Positions 1 through 11,501 of a stretch of 64,000 bases of DNA are shown one piece after another (position 1 is the first letter of the stretch; every line of letters begins with the position of its first letter). The notes below the pieces were generated by a model. That model did no database searches and was not told where the DNA came from. It worked only from the letters and a program-made list of their open reading frames with translations. Source of the stretch: Eledone cirrhosa (Eukaryota); the NCBI GenBank assembly GCA_964016885.1, contig OZ024750.1, positions 41,106,001 through 41,170,000 on the forward strand, in the 5' to 3' direction. Made by a program: the position numbers and the translations under genes.

Positions 1-3000
1 ATTGTTAAGACTGGCAGAGGTGGTAAGACCTAACCTCAAATTGCTAAGACTGACAGAAGTGGTAAGACCTAACCTCAAATTGCTAAGACTGGCAGAGGTG
101 GTAAGACCTAACCTCAAATTGCTAAGACTGGCAGAAGTGGTAAGACCTAACCTCAAATTACTAAGACTGGCTGAAGTGGTAAAACCTAACCTCAAATTGC
201 TAAGACTGGCAGAAGTGGTAAGACCTAACCTCAAATTGCTAAGACTGACAGAAGTGGTAAGACCTAACCTCAAATTGCTAAGACTGGCAGAGGTGGTAAG
301 ACCTAACCTCAAATTGCTAAGACTGGCAGAGTTGGTAAGACCTAACCTCAAATTGCTAAGACCGTCAAAGGTGGTAAGACCTAACCTCAAATTGCTAAGA
401 CCGGCAAAGGTGGTAAGACCTAACCTCAAATTACTAAGACTGGCAGAAGTGATAAGAGCTAACCTCAAATTGCTAAGACTGGCAGATGTGGTAAGACCTA
501 ACCTCAAATTGCTAAGACTGGCAGAGGAGGTAAGACCTAACCTCAAATTGCTAAGACTGGCAGAAGTGGTAAGACCTAACCTCAAATTGCTAAGACTGGC
601 AGAAGTGGTAAGACCTAACCTCAAATTGCTAAGACTGGCAGAAGTGATAAGAGCTAACCTCAAATTGCTAAGACTGGCAGATGTGGTAAGACCTAACCTC
701 AAATTGTTAAGACTGGCAGAAGTGATAAGACCAAACCTCAAATTGCTAAGACTGGCAGAGGTGGTAAGACCAAACCTCAAATTGCTAAGACTGGCAGAAG
801 TGGTAAGTCCTAACCTCAAATTATTAAGACTGGCAGAAGTGGTAAGACCTAACCTCAAATTGCTAAGACTGGCAGAAGTGGTAAGACCTAACCTCAAATT
901 GCTAAGACTGACAGAAGTGGTAAGACCTAACCTCAAATTGCTAAGACTGGCAGAGGTGGTAAGACCTAACCTCAAATTGCTAAGACTGGCAGAAGTGGTA
1001 AGACCTAACCTCAAATTGCTAAGACTGGCAGATGTGGTAAGACCTAACCTCAAATTGTTAAGACTGGCAGAGGTGATAAGACCAAACCTCAAATTGCTAA
1101 GACTGGCAGAGGTGGTAAGACCTAACCTCAAATTATTAAGACTGGCAGAAGTGGTAAGACCTAACCTCAAATTGCTAAGACTGGCAGAAGTGGTAAGACC
1201 TAACCTCAAATTATTAAGACTGACAGAAGTGGTAAGACCTAACCTCAAATTGCTAAGACTGGCAGAAGTGATAAGAGCTAACCTCAAATTGCTAAGACTG
1301 GCAGAGTTGGTAAGACCTAACCTCAAATTGCTAAGACTGACAGAAGTGGTAAGACCTAACCTCAAATTGCTAAGACTGGCAGAGGTGGTAAGACCTAACC
1401 TCAAATTGCTAAGACTGGCAGAGGTGGTAAGACCTAACCTCAAATTGCTAAGACTGGCAGAGTTGGTAAGACCTAACCTCAAATTGCTAAGACCGTCAAA
1501 GGTGGTAAGACCTAACCTCAAATTGCTAAGACTGGCAGAAGTGATAAGAGCTAACCTCAAATTGCTAAGACTGGCAGATGTGGTAAGATCTAACCTCAAA
1601 TTGCTAAGACTGGCAGAGGAGGTAAGACCTAACCTCAAATTGCTAAGACTGGCAGAAGTGGTAAGACCTAACCTCAAATTGCTAAGACTGGCAGAAGTGG
1701 TAAGACCTAACCTCAAATTGCTAAGACTGGCAGAGGTGGTAAGACCTAACCTAAAATTGCTAAGACTGGCAGAAGTGGTAAGACCTAACCTCAACTTGCT
1801 AAGACTGGCAGAGGTGGTAAGACCTAACCTTAAATTGCTAAGACTGGCAGAAGTGGTAAGACCTAACCTCAAATTGCTAAGACTGGCAGAAGTGGTAAAA
1901 CCTATCCTCAAATTGCTAAGACTGGCAGAAGTGGTAAGACCTAACCTCAAATTGCTAAGACTGACAGAAGTGGTAAGACCTAACCTCAAATTGCTAAGAC
2001 TGGCAGAGGTGGTAAGACCTAACCTCAAATTGCTAAGACTGGCAGAGGTGGTAAGACCTAATCTCAAATTGCTAAGACTGGCAGAGTTGGTAAGACCTAA
2101 CCTCAAATTGCTAAGACCGGCAAAGGTGGTAAGACCTAACCTCAAATTGCTAAGACTGGCAGAAGTGATAAGAGCTAACCTCAAATTGCTAAGACTGGCA
2201 GCTGTGGTAAGACCTAACCTCAAATTGCTAAGACTGGCAGAGGAGGTAAGACCTAACCTCAAATTGCTAAGACTGGCAGAAGTGGTAAGACCTAACCTCA
2301 AGTTGCTAAGACTGGCAGAAGTGGTAAGACCTAACCTCAAATTGCTAAGACTGGCAGAAGTGGTAAGACCTAACCTCAAATTGCTAAGACTGGCAGAAGT
2401 GGTAAGACCTAACCTCAAATTGCTAAGACTGGCAGAGGTGGTAAGACCTAACCTCAAATTGCTAAGACTGGCAGAGGTGGTAAGACCTAACCTCAAATTG
2501 CTAAGACTGGCAGAGGTGGTAAGACCTAACCTCAAATTGTTAAGACTGGCAGAAGTGATAAGACCAAACCTCAAATTGCTAAGACTGGCAGAAGTGGTAA
2601 GACCTAACCTCAAATTGTTAAGACTGGCAGAGGTGGTAAGACCTAACCTCAAATTGCTAAGACTGACAGAAGTGGTAAGACCTAACCTCAAATTGCTAAG
2701 ACTGTCAGAGGTGGTAAGACCTAACCTTAAATTGCTAAGACTGGCAGAAGTGGTAAGACCTAACCTCAAATTGCTAAGACTGGCTGAAGTGGTAAAACCT
2801 AACCTCAAATTGCTAAGACTGGCAGAAGTGGTAAGACCTAACCTCAAATTGCTAAGACCGGCAAAGGTGGTAAGACCTAACTTCAAATTGCTAAGACCGG
2901 CAAAGGTGGTAAGACCTAACCTCAAATTACTAAGACTGGCAGAAGTGATAAGAGCTAACCTCAAATTGCTAAGACTGGCAGATGTGGTAAGACCTAACCT

Positions 3001-6000
3001 CAAATTGCTAAGACTGGCAGAGGAGGTAAGACCTAGCCTCAAATTGCTAAGACTGGCAGAAGTGGTAAGACCTAACCTCAAATTACTAAGACTGGCAGAA
3101 GTGGTAAGACCTAACCTCAAATTGCTAAGACTGGCAGAAGTGATAAGAGCTAACCTCAAATTGCTAAGACTGGCAGATGTGGTAAGATCTAACCTCAAAT
3201 TGTTAAGACTGGCAGAAGTGATAAGACCAAACCTCAAATTGCTAAGACTGGCAGAGGTGGTAAGACCAAACCTCAAATTGCTAAGACTGGCAGAAGTGGT
3301 AAGACCTAACCTCAAATTATTAAGACTGGCAGAAGTGGTAAGACCTAACTTCAAATTGCTAAGATTGGCAGAAGTGGTAAGACCTAACCTCAAATTGCTA
3401 AGACTGACAGAAGTGGTAAGACCTAACCTCAAATTGCTAAGACTGGCAGAGGTGGTAAGACCTAACCTCAAATTGCTAAGACTGGCAGAAGTGGTAAGAC
3501 CTAACCTCAAATTGCTAAGACTGGCAGAGGTGGTAAGACCTAACATCAAATTGCTAAGACTGACAGAAGTGGTAAGACCTAACCTCAAATTGCTAAGACT
3601 GGCAGAGGTGGTAAGACCTAACCTCAAATTGCTAAGACTGGCAGAGGTGGTAAGACCTAACCTCAAATTACTAAGACTGGCAGAAGTGGTAAGACCTAAC
3701 CTCAAATTGCTAAGACTGGCAGAAGTGATAAGAGCTAACCTCAAATTGCTAAGACTGGCAGATGTGGTAAGATCTAACCTCAAATTGTTAAGACTGGCAG
3801 AAGTGATAAGACCAAACCTCAAATTGCTAAGACTGGCAGAGGTGGTAAGACCAAACCTCAAATTGCTAAGACTGGCAGAAGTGGTAAGACCTAACCTCAA
3901 ATTATTAAGACTGGCAGAAGTGGTAAGACCTAACCTCAAATTGCTAAGACTGGCAGAAGTGGTAAGACCTAACCTCAAATTGCTAAGACTGACAGAAGTG
4001 GTAAGACCTAACCTCAAATTGCTAAGACTGGCAGAGGTGGTAAGACCTAACCTCAAATTGCTAAGACTGGCAGAAGTGGTAAGACCTAACCTCAAATTGC
4101 TAAGACTGGCAGAGGTGGTAAGACCTAACATCAAATTGCTAAGACTGACAGAAGTGGTAAGACCTAACCTCAAATTGCTAAGACTGGCAGAGGTGGTAAG
4201 ACCTAACCTCAAATTGCTAAGACTGGCAGAGGTGGTAAGACCTAACCTCAAATTGTTAAGACTGGCAGAAGTGATAAGACCAAACCTCAAATTGCTAAGA
4301 CTGGCAGAAGTGCTAAGACCTAACCTCAAATTGTTAAGACTGGCAGAAGTGGTAAGACCTAACCTCAAATTGCTAAGACTGACAGAAGTGGTAAGACCTA
4401 ACCTCAAATTGCTAAGACTGGCAGAGGTGGTAAGACCTAACCTCAAATTGCTAAGACTGGCAGAAGTGGTAAGTCCTAACCTCAAATTATTAAGACTGGC
4501 AGAAGTGGTAAGACCTAACCTCAAATTGCTAAGACTGGCTGAAGTGGTAAAACCTAACCTCAAATTGCTAAGACTGGCAGAAGTGGTAAGACCTAACCTC
4601 AAATTGCTAAGACCGGCAAAGGTGGTAAGACCTAACCTCAAATTGCTAAGACCGGCAAAGGTGGTAAGACCTAACCTCAAATTACTAAGACTGGCAGAAG
4701 TGATAAGAGCTAACTTCAAATTGCTAAGACTGGCAGATGTGGCAAGACCTAACCTCAAATTGCTAAGACTGGCAGAGGAGGTAAGACCTAGCCTCAAATT
4801 GCTAAGACTGGCAGAAGTGGTAAGACCTAACCTCAAATTACTAAGACTGGCAGAAGTGGTAAGACCTAACCTCAAATTGCTAAGACTGGCAGAAGTGATA
4901 AGAGCTAACCTCAAATTGCTAAGACTGGCAGATGTGGTAAGATCTAACCTCAAATTGTTAAGACTGGCAGAAGTGATAAGACCAAACCTCAAATTGCTAA
5001 GACTGGCAGAGGTGGTAAGACCAAACCTCAAATTGCTAAGACTGGCAGAAGTGGTAAGACCTAACCTCAAATTATTAAGACTGGCAGAAGTGGTAAGACC
5101 TAACCTCAAATTGCTAAGACTGGCAGAAGTGGTAAGACCTAACCTCAAATTGCTAAGACTGACAGAAGTGGTAAGACCTAACCTCAAATTGCTAAGACTG
5201 GCAGAGGTGGTAAGACCTAACCTCAAATTGCTAAGACTGGCAGAAGTGGTAAGACCTAACCTCAAATTGCTAAGACTGGCAGAGGTGGTTAGACCTAACA
5301 TCAAATTGCTAAGACTGACAGAAGTGGTAAGACCTAACCTCAAATTGCTACGACTGGCAGAGGTGGTAAGACCTAACCTCAAATTGCTAAGACTGGCAGA
5401 GGTGGTAAGACCTAACCTCAAATTGCTAAGACTGGCAGAGGTGGTAAGACCTAACCTCAAATTGCTAAGACTGGCAGAGTTGGTAAGACCTAACCTCAAA
5501 TTGCTAAGACCGTCAAAGGTGGTAAGACCTAACCTCAAATTGCTAAGACTGGCAGAAGTGATAAGAGCTAACCACAAATTGCTAAGACTGGCAGATGTGG
5601 TAAGACCTAACCTCAAATTGCTAAGACTGACAGAAGTGGTAAGACCTAACCTCAAATTGCTAAGACTGGCAGAGGTGGTAAGACCTAACCTCAAATTGCT
5701 AAGACTGGCAGAAGTGGTAAGACCTAACCTCAAATTGCTAAGACTGGCAGAGGTGGTAAGACCTAACATCAAATTGCTAAGACTGACAGAAGTGGTAAGA
5801 CCTAACCTCAAATTGCTAAGACTGGCAGAGGTGGTAAGACCTAACCTCAAATTGCTAAGACTGGCAGAGGTGGTAAGACCTAACCTCAAATTGCTAAGAC
5901 TGGCAGAGGTGGTAAGACCTAACCTCAAATTGCTAAGACTGGCAGAGTTGGTAAGACCTAACCTCAAATTGCTAAGACTGGCAGAGGTGGTAAGACCTAA

Positions 6001-9000
6001 CCTCAAATTGCTAAGACTGGCAGAGGTGGTAAGACCTAACCTCAAATTGCTAAGACTGGCAGAGGTGGTAAGACCTAACATCAAATTGCTAAGACTGACA
6101 GAAGTGGTAAGACCTAACCTCAAATTGCTAAGACTGGCAGAGGTGGTAAGACCTAACCTCAAATTGCTAAGACTGGCAGAGTTGGTAAGACCTAACCTCA
6201 AATTGCTAAGACTGGCAGAAGTGATAAGGGATAACCTCAAATTGCTAAGACTGGCAGATGTGGTAAGATCTAACCTCAAATTGCTAAGACTGGCAGAGGA
6301 GGTAAGACCTAACCTCAAATTGCTAAGACTGGCAGAAGTGGTAAGACCTAACCTCAAATTGCTAAGACTGGCAGAAGTGGTAAGACCTAACCTCAAATTG
6401 CTAAGACTGGCAGAAGTGGTAAGACCTTACCTCAAATTGCTAAGACTGACAGAAGTGGTAAGACCTAACCTCAAATTGCTAAGACTGGCAGAGGTGGTAA
6501 GACCTAACCTCAAATTGCTAAGACTGGCAGAGGTGGTAAGACCTAACCTCAAATTGCTAAGACTGGCAGAGGTGGTAAGACCTAACCTAAAATTGCTAAG
6601 ACTGGCAGAAGTGGTAAGACCTAACCTCAAATTGCTAAGACTGGCAGAGGTGGTAAATCCGAACCTCAAATTGCTAAGACCGGCAAAGGTGGTAAGACCT
6701 AACCTCAAATTGCTAAGACTGGCAGAAGTGATAAGAGCTAACCTCAAATTGCTAAGACTGGCAGCTGTGGTAAGACCTAACCTCAAATTGCTAAGACTGG
6801 CAGAGGAGGTAAGACCTAACCTCAAATTGCTAAGACTGGCAGAAGTGGTAAGACCTAACCTCAAATTGCTAAGACTGGCAGAAGTGGTAAGACCTAACCT
6901 CAAATTGCTAAGACTGGCAGAGGTGGTAAGACCTAACCTCAAATTGCTAAGACTGGCAGAGGTGGTAAGACCTAACCTCAAATTGCTAAGACTGGCAGAG
7001 GTGGTAAGACCTAACCTCAAATTGTTAAGACTGGCAGAAGTAATAAGACCAAACCTCAAATTGCTAAGACTGGCAGAAGTGGTAAGACCTAACCTCAAAT
7101 TGTTAAGACTGGCAGAGGTGGTAAGACCTAACCTCAAATTGCTAAGACTGACAGAAGTGGTAAGACCTAACCTCAAATTGCTAAGACTGGCAGAGGTGGT
7201 AAGACCTAACCTCAAATTGCTAAGACTGGCAGAAGTGGTAAGACCTAACCTCAAATTACTAAGACTGGCTGAAGTGGTAAAACCTAACCTCAAATTGCTA
7301 AGACTGGCAGAAGTGGTAAGACCTAACCTCAAATTGCTAAGACTGACAGAAGTGGTAAGACCTAACCTCAAATTGCTAAGACTGGCAGAGGTGGTAAGAC
7401 CTAACCTCAAATTGCTAAGACTGGCAGAGTTGGTAAGACCTAACCTCAAATTGCTAAGACCGTCAAAGGTGGTAAGACCTAACCTCAAATTGCTAAGACC
7501 GGCAAAGGTGGTAAGACCTAACCTCAAATTACTAAGACTGGCAGAAGTGATAAGAGCTAACCTCAAATTGCTAAGACTGGCAGATGTGGTAAGACCTAAC
7601 CTCAAATTGCTAAGACTGGCAGAGGTGGTAAGACCTAACCTCAAATTGCTAAGACTGGCAGAAGTGGTAAGACCTAACCTCAAATTGCTAAGACTGGCAG
7701 AAGTGGTAAGACCTAACCTCAAATTGCTAAGACTGGCAGAAGTGATAAGAGCTAACCTCAAATTGCTAAGACTGGCAGATGTGGTAAGACCTAACCTCAA
7801 ATTGTTAAGACTGGCAGAAGTGATAAGACCAAACCTCAAATTGCTAAGACTGGCAGAGGTGGTAAGACCAAACCTCAAATTGCTAAGACTGGCAGAAGTG
7901 GTAAGTCCTAACCTCAAATTATTAAGACTGGCAGAAGTGGTAAGACCTAACCTCAAATTGCTAAGACTGGCAGAAGTGGTAAGACCTAACCTCAAATTGC
8001 TAAGACTGACAGAAGTGGTAAGACCTAACCTCAAATTGCTAAGACTGGCAGAGGTGGTAAGACCTAACCTCAAATTGCTAAGACTGGCAGAAGTGGTAAG
8101 ACCTAACCTCAAATTGCTAAGACTGGCAGATGTGGTAAGACCTAACCTCAAATTGTTAAGACTGGCAGAGGTGATAAGACCAAACCTCAAATTGCTAAGA
8201 CTGGCAGAGGTGGTAAGACCTAACCTCAAATTATTAAGACTGGCAGAAGTGGTAAGACCTAACCTCAAATTGCTAAGACTGGCAGAAGTGGTAAGACCTA
8301 ACCTCAAATTATTAAGACTGACAGAAGTGGTAAGACCTAACCTCAAATTGCTAAGACTGGCAGAAGTGATAAGAGCTAACCTCAAATTGCTAAGACTGGC
8401 AGAGTTGGTAAGACCTAACCTCAAATTGCTAAGACTGACAGAAGTGGTAAGACCTAACCTCAAATTGCTAAGACTGGCAGAGGTGGTAAGACCTAACCTC
8501 AAATTGCTAAGACTGGCAGAGGTGGTAAGACCTAACCTCAAATTGCTAAGACTGGCAGAGTTGGTAAGACCTAACCTCAAATTGCTAAGACCGTCAAAGG
8601 TGGTAAGACCTAACCTCAAATTGCTAAGACTGGCAGAAGTGATAAGAGCTAACCTCAAATTGCTAAGACTGGCAGATGTGGTAAGATCTAACCTCAAATT
8701 GCTAAGACTGGCAGAGGAGGTAAGACCTAACCTCAAATTGCTAAGACTGGCAGAAGTGGTAAGACCTAACCTCAAATTGCTAAGACTGGCAGAAGTGGTA
8801 AGACCTAACCTCAAATTGCTAAGACTGGCAGAAGTGGTAAGACCTAACCTCAAATTGCTAAGACTGACAGAAGTGGTAAGACCTAACCTCAAATTGCTAA
8901 GACTGGCAGAGGTGGTAAGACCTAACCTCAAATTGCTAAGACTGGCAGAGGTGGTAAGACCTAACCTCAAATTGCTAAGACTGGCAGAGGTGGTAAGACC

Positions 9001-9395
9001 TAACCTAAAATTGCTAAGACTGGCAGAAGTGGTAAGACCTAACCTCAAATTGCTAAGACTGGCAGAGGTGGTAAGACCGAACCTCAAATTGCTAAGACCG
9101 GCAAAGGTGGTAAGACCTAACCTCAAATTGCTAAGACTGGCAGAAGTGATAAGACCTAACCTCAAATTGCTAAGACTGACACAAGTGGTAAGACCTAACC
9201 TCAAATTGCTAAGACTGGCAGAGGTGGTAAGACCTAACCTCAAATTGCTAAGACTGGCAGAGGTGGTAAGACCTAACCCCAAATTGCTAAGACCGGCAAA
9301 GGTGGTAAGACCTAACCTCAAATTGCTAAGACTGGCAGATGTGATAAGAGCTAACCTCAAATTGCTAAGACTGGCAGAAGTGGTAAGAGCTAACC
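1..9395. repeat. 39-bp tandem minisatellite, about 240 units, running off the left window edge
   Basis: Consensus AACCTCAAATTGCTAAGACTGGCAGA(A/G)GTGGTAAGACCT is repeated head-to-tail. I saw only substitution variants, and the reading frame is unbroken from 2 to 9424. Confidence 0.98.
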
Positions 9396-9509
9396 AGCAA
9401 AAAAGCACCCAGCCCTCACTGTAAATGAGGTTGGTGTTAGGAAGAGCATCCAGCTGTAGAAATCAAGCCAGAATCAGTTCCCATTCCACCCTTGCAAGCA
9501 GGGAAAAAG
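9396..9509 (+). mobile_element. 3' tail fragment of SINE-A (RTE-related tail)
   Basis: GCAAAAAAGCACCCAGCCCTCACTGTAAATGAGGTTGGTGTTAGGAAG...CAAGCAGGGAAAAAG is near-identical to 10791-10903. Confidence 0.85.
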
Positions 9510-9890
9510 TTATTAACCATCTCGCCAATTGCAACCCTGAGCACCTTTTTGATCTCCATGTGTCTAACACACGTGGACATGCCTACAAAATCAGAAAACA
9601 GCACAGCTCCCATGACTTTCGTAGACATTTTTTCACGCTCAGAGTTGCTGAAGCACGGAACAAACTGCCTGCGTCAGTTGTTAGCTGCCAAGACACTGCA
9701 TCCTTTAAGACACTCATGCTTCCCGAAATATGCCAAAATTACACCTGATGTACCCCTTCCATACACATGCACACATGTGTGTATCATGACTCGTGCACTG
9801 TTCATTTTCCTGATGTTTGTGCATTGCCCTATGTACTGTACATGCACTTTTTGATGAATTGCAGTGCACCTGGGCACTGTACACAATATT

Positions 9891-9931
<41 letters not shown>
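9510..9931 (+). mobile_element. 5'-truncated CR1/L2-group LINE: ORF2 C-terminus, 3' UTR and (ATT)n tail
   Basis: Translation SNTRGHAYKIRKQHSSHDFRRHFFTLRVAEARNKLPASVVSCQDTASFKTLM matches the CR1-type terminal pattern TRGH..K...R..FF..RV...WN.LP..VV......FK. The stop is at 9748 and the UTR ends in (ATT)n. Confidence 0.8.
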
Positions 9932-9932
<1 letters not shown>

Positions 9933-9935
<3 letters not shown>

Positions 9936-10059
9936 CATGACTCATACACTGTTCATTTTCCTGACATTTGTACATTATTCTATGTACTATACATGCACCT
10001 TTGATGAGTTGTAGTACACCTGAGCACTGTACAAAATAATTTCATTATTATTATTATTA
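9933..10059 (+). mobile_element. Second, diverged copy of the same CR1-like 3' UTR with its own (ATT)n tail
   Basis: TATCATGACTCATACACTGTTCATTTTCCTGAC...GCACTGTACAAAATAATTTCATTATT aligns to 9782-9900. Confidence 0.8.
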
Positions 10060-10335
10060 TATGTAGAGTGACAGATACCTCCTACATATCGTGGTATGGT
10101 CCATTGCTATACATTGAAACATATGTAGGATTAAAATTATGTTTTAAGTTTACTCAAACGAAATCGTTTTTCTCACTATTTAAAGTATTAGTGTGCACTC
10201 TGCGTTCGTTTATGTTGGTATTTTAATGATGCTGGCTTAATTAAAGCATTGAGTGGCTGGGAAAACAATCAAAGGTTTTTTCGGTCCTATCTGATGACAT
10301 TGTTTCAGTATTATTATATGCACACACACACATAT

Positions 10336-10470
10336 ATATATATATATCATCATCAGGTTGAGTGGTTAGAAAATTAAATTTGCAATCGTGAGATTGTGTT
10401 TTATTCCCGGAACGGGCTGATGCGTTGTGTCCTTGGGCAAGACACTTTATTTCATGCTGTTCCTTCTTCC
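10336..10470 (+). mobile_element. Degenerate tRNA-derived SINE head related to SINE-A
   Basis: GAGTGGTTAG...TTGCAATCG...GATGCGTTGTGTCCTTGGGCAAGACACTTTATTTCA is homologous to 10606-10699. Confidence 0.65.
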
Positions 10471-10590
10471 AGGAGTTGCAGCCGATAGATAGTATTAACA
10501 ATTGGAAAAACCAATGAAAACATTGTTTCCTCGGTCCGATTTGACGAAAGTCGATTGACTGTCGATATATATATATATATATATATATAT

Positions 10591-10940
10591 GGAGGCACAT
10601 GGCTTAGTGGTTAGAGCATTGGCCTTGCAATCGAAAGGTTGTGAGTTCAATTCTCAGACCGGGTGATGTGTTGTTTCCTTGAGCAAGATACTTTATTTCA
10701 CATTGCTCCAGTTTACTCAGCTGTAGAAATGAGATGATAAGGACTGGGGTCCCTATCATTCCACTGCAAAGTGGTCGTGGAGGTGCCACGGCAAAAAAGC
10801 ACCCAGCACTCACTGTAAATGAGGTTGGTGTTAGGAAGGGCACCCAGCTGTAGAAATCAAGCCAAAATCAGTTCCCGTCCCACCCTTGCAAGCAGGGAAA
10901 AAGCGGACGTAAAATGAAATGATGAAAAATGAAATGATGA
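10591..10940 (+). mobile_element. Full-length tRNA-derived SINE (SINE-A) with RTE-related tail
   Basis: Pol III A box TGGCTTAGTGG at 10600, B box GAGTTCAATTCT at about 10642, central TCCTTGAGCAAGATACTT motif, and a tail ending GGACGTAAAATG(ATG)n. A near-identical copy lies at 29517-29851 on the minus strand. Confidence 0.9.
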
Positions 10941-10967
10941 TATATATATATAACTTTAATAATAATA

Positions 10968-11157
10968 ACTGTTTCTACTTTAGGCACAAGGCCAGCAATT
11001 ATCCCAGTACATTACTGGTACTTTATTTTATCGACCCCCATAAGGATGAAAGACAAAGTTAACCTCGGCGGGATTTGAACTCAGACTGTAAAGGGACGTA
11101 ACTATGCTAGAAAGCATGGCGTCCAACCGTCTACCGATACTGCCAATTCACCGCCCT
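10968..11157 (-). mobile_element. tRNA-derived SINE (SINE-B)
   Basis: The minus strand reads GGCGGTGAATTGGCAGTATCGG (A-box-like), GAGTTCAAATCC (B box), CTTTCATCCTT...GGTCGATAAAATAAAGTACCAG, then GCCTTGTGCCTAAAGTAGAAAC and (TTA)n. Copies lie at 29322 and 63536. Confidence 0.9.
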
Positions 11158-11380
11158 TTAATAATAATAACAGTCTTGCAATTATTAGGTATAGACTTTA
11201 CCAGAGGGTTTAAAGCTCAATGCAGTAGGATCCATTCAGATCTGATTTATATTTCTGATGATCGAAGTATAAAATCCTAATGGAACTTTAGATAAAAACT
11301 CTTTCTTCTTAAGAAAATTCTAAGATTTCTGATTTTATAATCTCACATCCTCGGGATGAATCTCTGTCGGTTGAAACATG

Positions 11381-11457
11381 TTAGTTTGGAGCATTGGGCT
11401 TGCAATTGAAAGGTTGTGAGTTCAATTCTCAGACCGGGTGATGTGTTGTTTCCTTGA
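11381..11457 (+). mobile_element. SINE-A head fragment (B box region) fused to an RTE fragment
   Basis: GAGCATTGGGCTTGCAATTGAAAGGTTGTGAGTTCAATTCTCAGACCGGGTGATGTGTTGTTTCCTTGA matches 10614-10682. Confidence 0.85.
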
Positions 11458-11501
11458 TGTGTTGTTATCAGCACAGCAACAAATAGGAACAACAACAAAA
11501 T

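Noticed and set aside
1-9395. TGGCAGAAGTGG in the 39-mer as a Pol III A box or SINE-head origin
   Set aside because: The match to the A-box spacing is imperfect and the unit has no B box, so the evidence is too weak.
6427-9408. 993-aa antisense ORF (GLTTSASLSNLRL)n as a leucine-rich-repeat protein
   Set aside because: The 13-aa period does not fit the LRR consensus, the frame is interrupted by a TAA at 6427, and it begins in a SINE tail.
10591-10665. tRNA gene
   Set aside because: A and B boxes are present, but the sequence continues into a SINE body and tail found in several copies. It is a tRNA-derived SINE head.
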